From IMG/VR virus record IMGVR_UViG_3300033416_000010, positions 1 through 48,016 of that record: 48,016 bases of DNA, one strand, 5' to 3'. The translations under genes were made by a program, and so were the position numbers. Below, one piece after another: positions 1 to 8,308 of the stretch. The first letter of the stretch is position 1. Each line of letters opens with the position of its first letter. The notes beneath the pieces are model-generated. The model saw nothing but the letters and a program-made list of their open reading frames with translations. It was not told the DNA's origin and searched no databases. This stretch comes from a virus (lineage: Duplodnaviria > Caudoviricetes).

Positions 1-2988
1 GAAGATATGCCGCGAATTCAGGTTGGTCCGCATGTAGGGTATGGAGAATGAAAAGTTTGTGGCTCTCAGGAAATGATTGTTCCGGAATACTGCTCCCTTC
101 ACGTACTGAGAACCATCCGACGTGATGCCGTTATCATTGCAGTTTAGAAACCACGTCCTCTCGACCACTGGAGCGGGCAGAATGGCTGTCCCTGGAACGT
201 AGAACCAGACGCCGTGCATGCATTGATCTATCGTGCAATCCCTCACCAGCGCTCCGGGAACGAGGTTGAACCCGCCGCCAGCCGACGGCAGCGTGGTGGT
301 AGAAGCTCCGCAACTCAAGGCCCGGCAGCGTTCAATGATAATCCCGTTTGTGCATGGGATGGTCAGCCCCATCTGCGCTTGGGCGATGGCCCATCCCCAG
401 TTGTCGATGAACTGGCAATCGCTGACCGTCACGTTGGTTGACCGGAACATGGTGATGGACCCGTAGACCTCACCCAGCCCATCCAACGCGTTCGACACGC
501 CGCCCGTCGTCCACACGTAGTCGGACTTCATGTTGCGGAAGGTCAGCCCTCGAATCTGGACGCCTTCCACATTGTAGAGCATGACTCCGATGCCGCCATT
601 CGTCAGCCACAGGTTGACCACTCCCTGTCCCTGCAAAACGATATTGCGTCGGCCCTCCAGATGCAGTGAACCCCGGAAATTCCCTCCCACCCCCCAATAG
701 TGCAGTGTGTTGATTGGATAGTCACCGGATGCGATCAGAACTGTATCCCCGGAAACTGCCGCATTGACAGCGTTGGTCAGACCGTATGGTTTATCCTGCC
801 TGCCCTTTATTCCATCTCCAGTTGCGGTTGGGGTGACGTAGAGGATGGTCCCGTTCGTGTTAGCGACAAACTCAGCATTGACCAGATTTGTCAGCACTGC
901 ATTGGTTTCAATTCCAGAACCACCAGTTGATGGAGTGGCATTGGTAAATCGTCCCATCGTCGCGTTCCAATGCGGCACCTCTCCCTCAGCGTAGTTCGTC
1001 AGGATCAGCGTTCCTGCGCTCATCGCGCCACTGATCGTATATGAACCGCGCCCTCTATATTCCGTCACAGAGGCCGCGCTGAAGTTGTGCTCCGATGTCA
1101 GGAAAGTCCATGCGTTGTCCAGGAGCTGGATCGCGCTGGCCGTGGTGTTCCAGATGTAGAAGGCGTAGTTCGTGGGAATCGAATTGGCGATGACTGTTCC
1201 AGAAAACGTGATGTTGCTCAGCGTGGAATCCGCAGCATAAAAGCAGGCCGTGTACGGGCTTGGGGCCACGTCCCTCCAGACCCCGCCTCTGAACTGGGAG
1301 TTCCGCACGGTGGCCGAGACGAAAATCAGGCCCGCCTTTGAGGGCTGCCAGACGTTATTGTCCGCGATCTGAAGGCTCTCGTTGTTTCCAGAAATCTTGA
1401 TGGCCAGGGATCCTCCATTGAGGCTGTTCTGGCCCACGGTGATGTTTGTGTTGTTGCCACTGATCTCCACTCCGCTGTAGTAGCCGGACACGTAGTTGTT
1501 GACGAGTTCACTGCCATTCGCGTAGGCGATGCTGATGCCTCGGTTTCCTGTCAGCCCGAAGATCATTTCATTGGTATCTCCGTCCATGATGGCGGAATTC
1601 CCCATCATCAGAATAGGGGAGGAGTCTGCTCCATAGGCTGCGGCCATCGCATTTACGACCTCGCAACTGGTGATGATGGTTGCTGGAAGATCCGGGATAT
1701 TCCGCATCGGATACGGTTCGATGCCTGCGCCGCATCGTTTGACCCGGCAGTTGTGCACCCTCCAGCCTGCTCCGACCACGAATCCGCCACCATCCCACCA
1801 CGCGCCTCCGCTATCCCTCCACAGACCTATGTTTCTGGCAGTCGAATCCACCACATAGCAGTCGTTGGTCGTCGGGAATGTGCTCGTGGGCGCATCGACC
1901 AAAAGTCCGTGGTCATACAGATCCTCAAAATTGCACCGGCTGATGTGGATTCTGGAGCAGTCCACGACTGTCAATGCTCCGAATATGTCCACTGTGACTA
2001 CTGCGTTGCTGGCCGCCCTCCATTCCGGGTCAGACATGAGCGCTTCCTTGCCTCCCTTGAATGTCACTCCGTCCCACCAGATGTTTGAGCAGCCTCGCAT
2101 CACGACCATACTCCAGCCGTTTGTGCTGCTGATGCTGGCCTGATCTCCTCCGTCAATCCACAGGTTCTTGCGATTGATGAGGTTGGCGTTCCCCTGGCTG
2201 TCCGTGGTGAGATGCTTGACTCCGTACAGCGGATAGTCTCCAGCTTCCAGCAATATCCTTGATCCGTCCGGGGCGTTGCTCAGCGCATGGCCTATTGACT
2301 TGTATGGGAACAGCATGGTGCCGATCCAGGAGTCGCTGCCATTGGTGGACACGTAGACAATCCCTGAGAAATTTGTGGACCATTGATTGGTGGATAGGGA
2401 ATTGAATCTTGCCCAGTCTCTTGTGTCCAGGGCTCCGCTGTTCACAGGCCCAGCCCACGGCATATTGTTGGTGATAGTGTCGTTGGCGTTATCTGTCCAG
2501 TTAGGAACTATTCCGTTGGTTCCATATACCAGAAATAGAGTGGTATTGGATGCCGAATTGATCGTCGTAATCCCACCTCCAGCAAGTCCTGTATTGTCTG
2601 CTCCCCATTCTACGTTGGTCCCGTTCATCTTGACGATCTGGCCCGCTGTTCCCCTGGCCAGTCTGTACCACAGTCCGTTCGTGGTTCCCACCAACAGATC
2701 TCCCGGGACCGGAGGATTGGTAGCTATGCTTGAAATTGCGCTTCCACCTGAAGATGTTAGCACATTGGTTCCGAGTCCGATTTGCAGCCTTCCGTCTGGT
2801 AAAACAGTAACCGTTACGTTGGTTCCGGCAAGCACATTAGACCCGATGGCATATCTCGGGCTGAAGATATAGGTGTTCGTGTTGTACTGGAGAGGCCCAA
2901 AAGTACTGGCGGCACGAATACCATCAGGCAGCGCCAGCCACAAAAAGCTCAGCAAGGCCGTCAGGATTGTTGCGCAATTTGATCTCAT
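1..2988 (-). CDS. Tailspike/depolymerase-like protein with two tandem right-handed beta-helix domains and a signal-peptide-like N-terminus (3'-truncated by window edge; absent from ORF track)
   Basis: Manual translation gives 996 codons without a stop from ATG 2988 to base 1. Starts MRSNCATILTALLSFLWLALPDGIRAA. Fibre-type motif GDLLVGTTNGLWYRLARGTAGQIVKMNGTNVEWG. Two beta-helix cap motifs, IVYVSTNGSDSWIGTMLFPYKSIGHAL...ILLEAGDY and ILYVTPTATGDG...KPYGLTNAVNAAVSGDTVLIASGDY, each followed by Asn/Cys-rich beta-coil repeats. Lies at the distal end of the tail gene run. Confidence 0.85.
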   Translation of the reverse strand, partial: MRSNCATILTALLSFLWLALPDGIRAASTFGPLQYNTNTYIFSPRYAIGSNVLAGTNVTVTVLPDGRLQIGLGTNVLTSSGGSAISSIATNPPVPGDLLVGTTNGLWYRLARGTAGQIVKMNGTNVEWGADNTGLAGGGITTINSASNTTLFLVYGTNGIVPNWTDNANDTITNNMPWAGPVNSGALDTRDWARFNSLSTNQWSTNFSGIVYVSTNGSDSWIGTMLFPYKSIGHALSNAPDGSRILLEAGDYPLYGVKHLTTDSQGNANLINRKNLWIDGGDQASISSTNGWSMVVMRGCSNIWWDGVTFKGGKEALMSDPEWRAASNAVVTVDIFGALTVVDCSRIHISRCNFEDLYDHGLLVDAPTSTFPTTNDCYVVDSTARNIGLWRDSGGAWWDGGGFVVGAGWRVHNCRVKRCGAGIEPYPMRNIPDLPATIITSCEVVNAMAAAYGADSSPILMMGNSAIMDGDTNEMIFGLTGNRGISIAYANGSELVNNYVSGYYSGVEISGNNTNITVGQNSLNGGSLAIKISGNNESLQIADNNVWQPSKAGLIFVSATVRNSQFRGGVWRDVAPSPYTACFYAADSTLSNITFSGTVIANSIPTNYAFYIWNTTASAIQLLDNAWTFLTSEHNFSAASVTEYRGRGSYTISGAMSAGTLILTNYAEGEVPHWNATMGRFTNATPSTGGSGIETNAVLTNLVNAEFVANTNGTILYVTPTATGDGIKGRQDKPYGLTNAVNAAVSGDTVLIASGDYPINTLHYWGVGGNFRGSLHLEGRRNIVLQGQGVVNLWLTNGGIGVMLYNVEGVQIRGLTFRNMKSDYVWTTGGVSNALDGLGEVYGSITMFRSTNVTVSDCQFIDNWGWAIAQAQMGLTIPCTNGIIIERCRALSCGASTTTLPSAGGGFNLVPGALVRDCTIDQCMHGVWFYVPGTAILPAPVVERTWFLNCNDNGITSDGSQYVKGAVFRNNHFLRATNFSFSIPYMRTNLNSRHIF

Positions 2989-3574
2989 ATACGATATTGT
3001 CGGGAATGCTTCTTGATAGAATTCTGTCGAGTACTTCGTTCCAGGTGTTTTTGGAGCCTCCAGGCCAGTCAAGGTAGCACTCACCCACAATCAATTCCGG
3101 AACTCCGTCTGGGTTGTTCCTGATAAATACCTCATACACATAGTTATCGGAAACATTTCGGACGAACAGAGCCTTTGGGCTCAGAAACCATTCCAGCTCT
3201 CCGTCTGGATTCGGCCTTATCTTGATTCCGAATAAAACGCTGTCCGATGCATTTTGCATAGCCAGGTCATCGAATTTAGCAAGCTCTGACTGTGGGGCTA
3301 CAGCCGGTGTAACCTGCTGGATGATGGTTATTGGAGCTGCTTCGGTTTCTGTTTCCGAAGGAGTTGCGATGTTTCCTCCCGCATTCCCGATTGGCATCTG
3401 GAGCGTCTTCCTCCACTCGTCCAAGGAGGCATCCATCTTGTTCCAGGCGGCCCGATCCTCTGGCCTTCGGATGTTGAGCGTGTTGGAGAACTGTGGCAGC
3501 ACCTTGATTGGCACTGTTATCGGCCTGTAGGATCCGCGACGGGAGAAGTCCTTCCTGTCCTGCTCGGTTGCCAT
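2924..3574 (-). CDS. Putative tail accessory protein with three NPDG repeats
   Basis: Start overlaps the upstream stop at 3574. Repeats IKIRPNPDGELEWFL, YEVFIRNNPDGVPELIVG and YEIKLRNNPDGLAELFVAG. Confidence 0.65.
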   Translation of the reverse strand: MATEQDRKDFSRRGSYRPITVPIKVLPQFSNTLNIRRPEDRAAWNKMDASLDEWRKTLQMPIGNAGGNIATPSETETEAAPITIIQQVTPAVAPQSELAKFDDLAMQNASDSVLFGIKIRPNPDGELEWFLSPKALFVRNVSDNYVYEVFIRNNPDGVPELIVGECYLDWPGGSKNTWNEVLDRILSRSIPDNIVYEIKLRNNPDGLAELFVAGAA

Positions 3575-5652
3575 CAGGGCGATCCTCCTGCATCAACGCG
3601 CGCGGTGAGCGTCAACCTGGACAGACAGCATTGTCCTCCAGAGTCAACTGGGTTTCCGCCTGGGTTTGTGATGGTCAGCTCATAGTACAAGTATCTACCA
3701 GTCATGAATAAGCCCCACGAGATGTCGGAGTCAGGTCTGCTTCCGTCATTGATGCTTTCCTGTAGATTCAAAGCACTGAGACATTCCAAGAGCTGTGGGT
3801 CCTGGGCCTCCCACATGATGAAACATTTGTCGGTCTCGGCGTTTGGATCAATGGCCTGAGTGGCAGATCCCACTCTCAATTCAACTTGAGATGGAATGGT
3901 TTGAATTGCCGGGAATGCCTCCAACGCGAACCCCTGCAAGGTCTTCTCGCTGTCCGGCATGTTCAGGTCCACAGCCCCACTTCTGAGGATCGATCGATAG
4001 CCCAGCTTGGTGTAGTCGGAGTTCACCGCATTACAGCCCTCGAAATTCAGACATCGCTCTCGGTAGTAGACTTCGCTGAATTCCTTCAGGCACCAGTCTT
4101 CAGCCGATGCCATGACAAACAGCTCCACCGGGTTGCACTGCCCGGAGCCAATTTCAGAATCGCATAGGTCGATTCCCACTCCAGCAAGTTTATCACATAG
4201 CGAACCGACCGTGAATGTTTCAGCCAGATAATCTTCGGACAGAATGGTGGGATCATCGGTGTCCGGAACGATCTGGTTGGAATAGATCGCATCCACCATG
4301 ACCGGGCAGTCCTGGGTTTCGGTCACGCAGATTTCTCCCTCGTTGATCAGACCAATCATCGCGTCGGCTGAGATTTCAGAAGGCGTGCAGATGCAGTTGT
4401 CGATCATCCACTGCCTTAGAGACATGCCTGAGGTTGGACCGAAGTTGCAGAAGGCCGTAAATCCGAATCCCGTGTAGGATGCGAACGGATACTGGGTATT
4501 GATGGTCAGGGTCTTGGTTGGGCAGGAATCCGCTGCCCCGCCCCACGAGAACCACAGGGTTTTCTTCTTGCTATGATGGCCAGCACAGGCCATGGCGCAG
4601 TTGGTATTCAGGTCATCATAGATGACTGCGCTCGCTTTGTGAATCCAGTCAATCCGTTCTGGACCAATGGTATAGAAGTCGAACTTGTAGATTCCGTCCT
4701 GACCCATGTACCAGTGGGAGGATCCATCGGACACCAGTGTTCTTGGATAGACCAGTGTTCGGCTTCCGCGACGATCTGCCTCGAACCTCTTCACGAATGA
4801 GAGCACCGTCTCTCCTCCGACCGCGGTTGCTTCCCAGATCCCGCGGTTTGTGTAGATCAGCAGGGAGTTTCCAAGGGCTTTTGCGGCCAGGATGATCTCC
4901 CCATTGTCCAGATCCTTCATGCCGGCCAGGGACGCCTTGGACTGTCGGAAGGACAGCGGAGCCTTGTAGTCGCTCCAGATGATCCGGTTGGTGTGTCGCC
5001 GGCCATCCATGGTTACGTCCATGAGCAGCATCAGATTGTTCCACATGGAACAGACACCCGCGCGCGTCACATTCAGATCTACCAGGTCATCTATTACTGA
5101 AACGGATTGGCTGTACGCCTCGATGGCTGGCTGGTCGATGACGTGGTAGACCGGAGGATCTATTCCATTTGTGAATACGCATGTATCGTTCAGAGTGGCT
5201 GCGCTCCACATCATGTTGGGGCAGCCAGCGACTGGCGTTCCTCCGGGGGCCGTGACGCCGTCGGCGAGAGTATCCCAGATGATCCTCCAGTTTCCGGTGG
5301 ACTCCACCTTGGCGTAGAGCCGGTTCTGAGTGGCCGCGAACAGGTGGTTGATGTTCGATAAGTCCTGGGCTTCGTACAGGAAGATGATTGGCTGCCTAAG
5401 GTTCCAGGCTCCGACCAGTGCTTCGCTGAGAAGCTGATCGTGCAAGTCCTGGTTCCCGTACTGGGCTGCGCCATCCTGCACCTTGGTCCATCCAGGCATC
5501 CGGCAAACCTTCTTATCGTCCAGGGCCTCCCAGTTTTCTACGTGCCGATAGCCTCCCAGCGGAATCTGCTCAGGCGTGGACCTGTAATCCACCAGCCCGG
5601 TGATGGGCCGGATGTGGAACGGCTTCGTCAGGTATGCCTTGTCCTTGGCCAT
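3574..5652 (-). CDS. Putative tail nozzle/stabilisation protein (P22 gp10/T7 gp12-like beta-propeller), Cys-rich
   Basis: 692 aa. Propeller-like blades (LFAATQNRLY, RIIWSDYKAPLSF, GEIILAAKALGNSLLIYTNRGIW, WYMGQDGIYKFD) and a C-terminal GRYLYYEL strand. Size and position suit a podovirus tail. Confidence 0.65.
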   Translation of the reverse strand: MAKDKAYLTKPFHIRPITGLVDYRSTPEQIPLGGYRHVENWEALDDKKVCRMPGWTKVQDGAAQYGNQDLHDQLLSEALVGAWNLRQPIIFLYEAQDLSNINHLFAATQNRLYAKVESTGNWRIIWDTLADGVTAPGGTPVAGCPNMMWSAATLNDTCVFTNGIDPPVYHVIDQPAIEAYSQSVSVIDDLVDLNVTRAGVCSMWNNLMLLMDVTMDGRRHTNRIIWSDYKAPLSFRQSKASLAGMKDLDNGEIILAAKALGNSLLIYTNRGIWEATAVGGETVLSFVKRFEADRRGSRTLVYPRTLVSDGSSHWYMGQDGIYKFDFYTIGPERIDWIHKASAVIYDDLNTNCAMACAGHHSKKKTLWFSWGGAADSCPTKTLTINTQYPFASYTGFGFTAFCNFGPTSGMSLRQWMIDNCICTPSEISADAMIGLINEGEICVTETQDCPVMVDAIYSNQIVPDTDDPTILSEDYLAETFTVGSLCDKLAGVGIDLCDSEIGSGQCNPVELFVMASAEDWCLKEFSEVYYRERCLNFEGCNAVNSDYTKLGYRSILRSGAVDLNMPDSEKTLQGFALEAFPAIQTIPSQVELRVGSATQAIDPNAETDKCFIMWEAQDPQLLECLSALNLQESINDGSRPDSDISWGLFMTGRYLYYELTITNPGGNPVDSGGQCCLSRLTLTARVDAGGSP

Positions 5653-5655
5653 GGT

Positions 5656-6756
5656 TTACCAGGAGATTTTGACGCGACCCGGATACCCGGCGATGCCCGG
5701 GCTCGGGAAGCAGCTCCCCGGACCGTAGTAGTTCGTCTGGCCACCTATGCCCCCAACGCCTCCACCAATTGGGGATGGACATGTTCCGGGAGCTGGGGCT
5801 CCTCCAGCAACGCCAAGCACTAAAACGTCTCCGACTGCCCCTCCTCCAGGGCCTCCTCCCGTGCCGTTTATTCCAACGCATGGAGACCCTGCAACAGCAC
5901 ATCCGGATCCCGGACCTCCTCCGGTGGCTGATGCCAGAATCGTCAAGTCTGATGCGCGGATCACCGTAGACGGGGAACCTGAAGTCGATGGCGCACCAGA
6001 TCCACCTCCACCGTATCCAACCAGAATGCTGATGGTTTCCCCGGCAGTCACTGCCACTGTATTCGTCTTGGCATATCCTCCACCTCCGCCTCCGCCGGCA
6101 GAAGCATGGGCTACACCGGGCCATGTACAACCGCATCCTCCTCCGGATCCTCCCTTTCCTCCACCGCCTACCACTTCCACGGCGATCGATGTGACTCCGA
6201 CTGGAACAACCCAGGTATAGGATCCAGGATTCCCCCAGAGCATGTTTCCACTGACCAGACCTCCTGCCGTGCTGAATCCGGAATCCGATGCGCTGAATGC
6301 GCTGGTGCAGGTAGGACCCACCGCGCGCACCCAGTAGTAGTAGACCGTTCCCACATCTCCAGTTGAGTCATCGAATGGAGAAGTGACGGACGATCCCAGA
6401 AATGTCGCGGTTCCGCTGGCGTTCGTCGTGCTGCGGTACACATCGTAGCGCGTAGCGTCAGCCACCGCAGTCCACGTTACCCTCACTTTGTCCGCGTAGG
6501 TTCCATCGCTGGCCGTCACGCTGGGCGGAGGAGGAGTGATGCATGGAATCTCGAATCCTCCAGTGGTGCATTCGCAGGCAATGGCCAGATCAGCGCAGAA
6601 ATCATCGCTCGGAGTTCCGTCTTCTTTGAATAAGTATCGCACCATTTCCCACACCAGCCTGGGAAGGGTCAGGACCTTCAGGAATCTGGAACAGAATGAT
6701 CCGGTTCCTCCCGGAATGACTTCTTTGATGGCGTTAGGAAGGATTGGAGACGGCAT
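5656..6756 (-). CDS. Fibre/decoration protein: N-terminal anchor + FN3 domain + glycine-rich domain
   Basis: FN3 pattern VTASDGTYADKVRVTW...YDVYRS...YYYWVRA. Gly-rich domain PGSYTWVVPVGVTSIAVEVVGGGGKGG...GGGGGYA...PGRVKISW is typical of phage fibre proteins. Confidence 0.75.
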   Translation of the reverse strand: MPSPILPNAIKEVIPGGTGSFCSRFLKVLTLPRLVWEMVRYLFKEDGTPSDDFCADLAIACECTTGGFEIPCITPPPPSVTASDGTYADKVRVTWTAVADATRYDVYRSTTNASGTATFLGSSVTSPFDDSTGDVGTVYYYWVRAVGPTCTSAFSASDSGFSTAGGLVSGNMLWGNPGSYTWVVPVGVTSIAVEVVGGGGKGGSGGGCGCTWPGVAHASAGGGGGGGYAKTNTVAVTAGETISILVGYGGGGSGAPSTSGSPSTVIRASDLTILASATGGGPGSGCAVAGSPCVGINGTGGGPGGGAVGDVLVLGVAGGAPAPGTCPSPIGGGVGGIGGQTNYYGPGSCFPSPGIAGYPGRVKISW

Positions 6757-6974
6757 TAGGTTTCCTCAGTTTGCTCATCTGCCGGATAAACCTTCGGGCA
6801 GAGTTCGTTTAGATAGTCCTGCGAGATGGTTCCATCTGCGTTGAACATCCAACTCCAGAGTTTGTAGATCAGGATGGGAAGCTGAATCAGGGTCTTTTTC
6901 AACCCCGTGCAGAGATCATCTTCTGGCTGGACAATGATGGCCTCGAAATCCGATGGCAGTACCGGTGCCGGCAT
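6756..6974 (-). CDS. Small virion protein paralogous to the N-terminus of 5656..6756
   Basis: MPAPVLP...C...LPILIYKLWSWMFNADGTISQDY aligns by eye with MPSPILP...C...LPRLVWEMVRYLFKEDGTPSDDF. Stop overlaps the next start. Confidence 0.75.
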   Translation of the reverse strand: MPAPVLPSDFEAIIVQPEDDLCTGLKKTLIQLPILIYKLWSWMFNADGTISQDYLNELCPKVYPADEQTEET

Positions 6975-7009
6975 ATGGTTCTATAGTCCACAACCGCAGC
7001 TTTTTCAAT

Positions 7010-8308
7010 CTACACCCACGCCTTGTTGAGGGCCATCATGTATCCGGTGGTCTCGGAAGTGGGCGAAATGAAGACGTGGAAGTGCTGATCCCTGAGAAAC
7101 TGAGCCATCTCGGAAGCGTTGTTTTGCCTATTGGTAAGACCATCCGAGCGCATGTATCCAATCCCGTGATACTCCATTGTGATTTGCTGGATGGAGGAAA
7201 GCATCGATGAGGTATAAAGCACCGGATACTCACAGCCTTCGATGTCGAGCTTGAGCAATCGAATGGATTTTCCTACCCGCTTTATGATTTCGTCCAGACT
7301 GATGGTGCCCACGAAAGGACCAGCGGTTTCATAGCAGCAGGTTCCACCGCCCGTGTTGGCCTCCGGGTCTTGCTGATCATACGCTGCCATGGACAATTTG
7401 GTTGGCTCAACATCGGATCTCCAGGCCGCGGAGAAGATGGTGACGACCTGGTCCCTGAACCGGTTCGCGTTCTCTGTGAGTTTCGCATAGTTGCGTTCGT
7501 CGGATTCTACACAAATCACCTGCTCTGCCTCGCGCGCCATGCAGGCGTACATGAAGCTGCCAATATGAGCCCCCAAGTCTATGATGACATCTTCACCTCC
7601 GAACCATTCCGGCAACCGATAGCAGTTGTGGATGGCCACCTCATCGAAGATCCCCGCATCCCACAGGTAGTGTGATGGCCGAATGAACATGGGCGGGCAT
7701 CGAGTAGTTTTCAGTCCATTTCCAGATCGGTACTTCCCCCAGCAGGTGGTCCTCTGTTTGACGTGCGTGATCGTGGACTGAACGGATTCGCATTTTACGT
7801 GTGGGCCTCCAGCCTCAAAAATGCCATTCTCTCCCCATACTCCGATACCGGCCTGGTAGAGTCTTCGCTGCCAATCGGGCCACGCCTGATATTCTTCGGG
7901 ATGAGTCCAATCCAGATCGGGTATCCGTCCATCTCCGCCGTGAATGATATTGGCCCTTCGCAGGTAGATGCAGGTGGCTTCTGGAAATCGATCTGCCTGA
8001 TACCGCATCTCCTTCATGAACTCCTTTCCAACGAATTCATCGGAGTCTAGCGTCACCATCCAATCTGAAGAAGGGAGAAGATCGGCGGCGAGATTTCGGG
8101 CCTCAGCAAGAGTGCATCTGTCGAGTTCATAATGACGCAGACAGGAGTGTGAGCATTTTAGATAGTGGATGGCGTCAAGGATTTCTGGTCGAGTACGGAT
8201 TCCAATGGAGATCAGCCGCTCTCCCGGATCCATCTGCTCGCAAAGCCTGGCCAGCAATCGCAGGACATAGGGCTCCCCGCAACTCATGACAGCAGCATGA
8301 ACTTTCAT
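7010..8308 (-). CDS. GT-A (family 2-like) glycosyltransferase fused to FkbM-family SAM methyltransferase
   Basis: N-half AEARN...DWMVTLDSDE (DxD). C-half VIIDLGAHIGSF and IRLLKLDIEGCEYPVL (FkbM signatures). Confidence 0.85.
   Translation of the reverse strand: MKVHAAVMSCGEPYVLRLLARLCEQMDPGERLISIGIRTRPEILDAIHYLKCSHSCLRHYELDRCTLAEARNLAADLLPSSDWMVTLDSDEFVGKEFMKEMRYQADRFPEATCIYLRRANIIHGGDGRIPDLDWTHPEEYQAWPDWQRRLYQAGIGVWGENGIFEAGGPHVKCESVQSTITHVKQRTTCWGKYRSGNGLKTTRCPPMFIRPSHYLWDAGIFDEVAIHNCYRLPEWFGGEDVIIDLGAHIGSFMYACMAREAEQVICVESDERNYAKLTENANRFRDQVVTIFSAAWRSDVEPTKLSMAAYDQQDPEANTGGGTCCYETAGPFVGTISLDEIIKRVGKSIRLLKLDIEGCEYPVLYTSSMLSSIQQITMEYHGIGYMRSDGLTNRQNNASEMAQFLRDQHFHVFISPTSETTGYMMALNKAWV

Noticed and set aside
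214-2872. Many short ORFs listed in the track
   Set aside because: All lie within or antisense to the single open minus-strand frame 1-2988.
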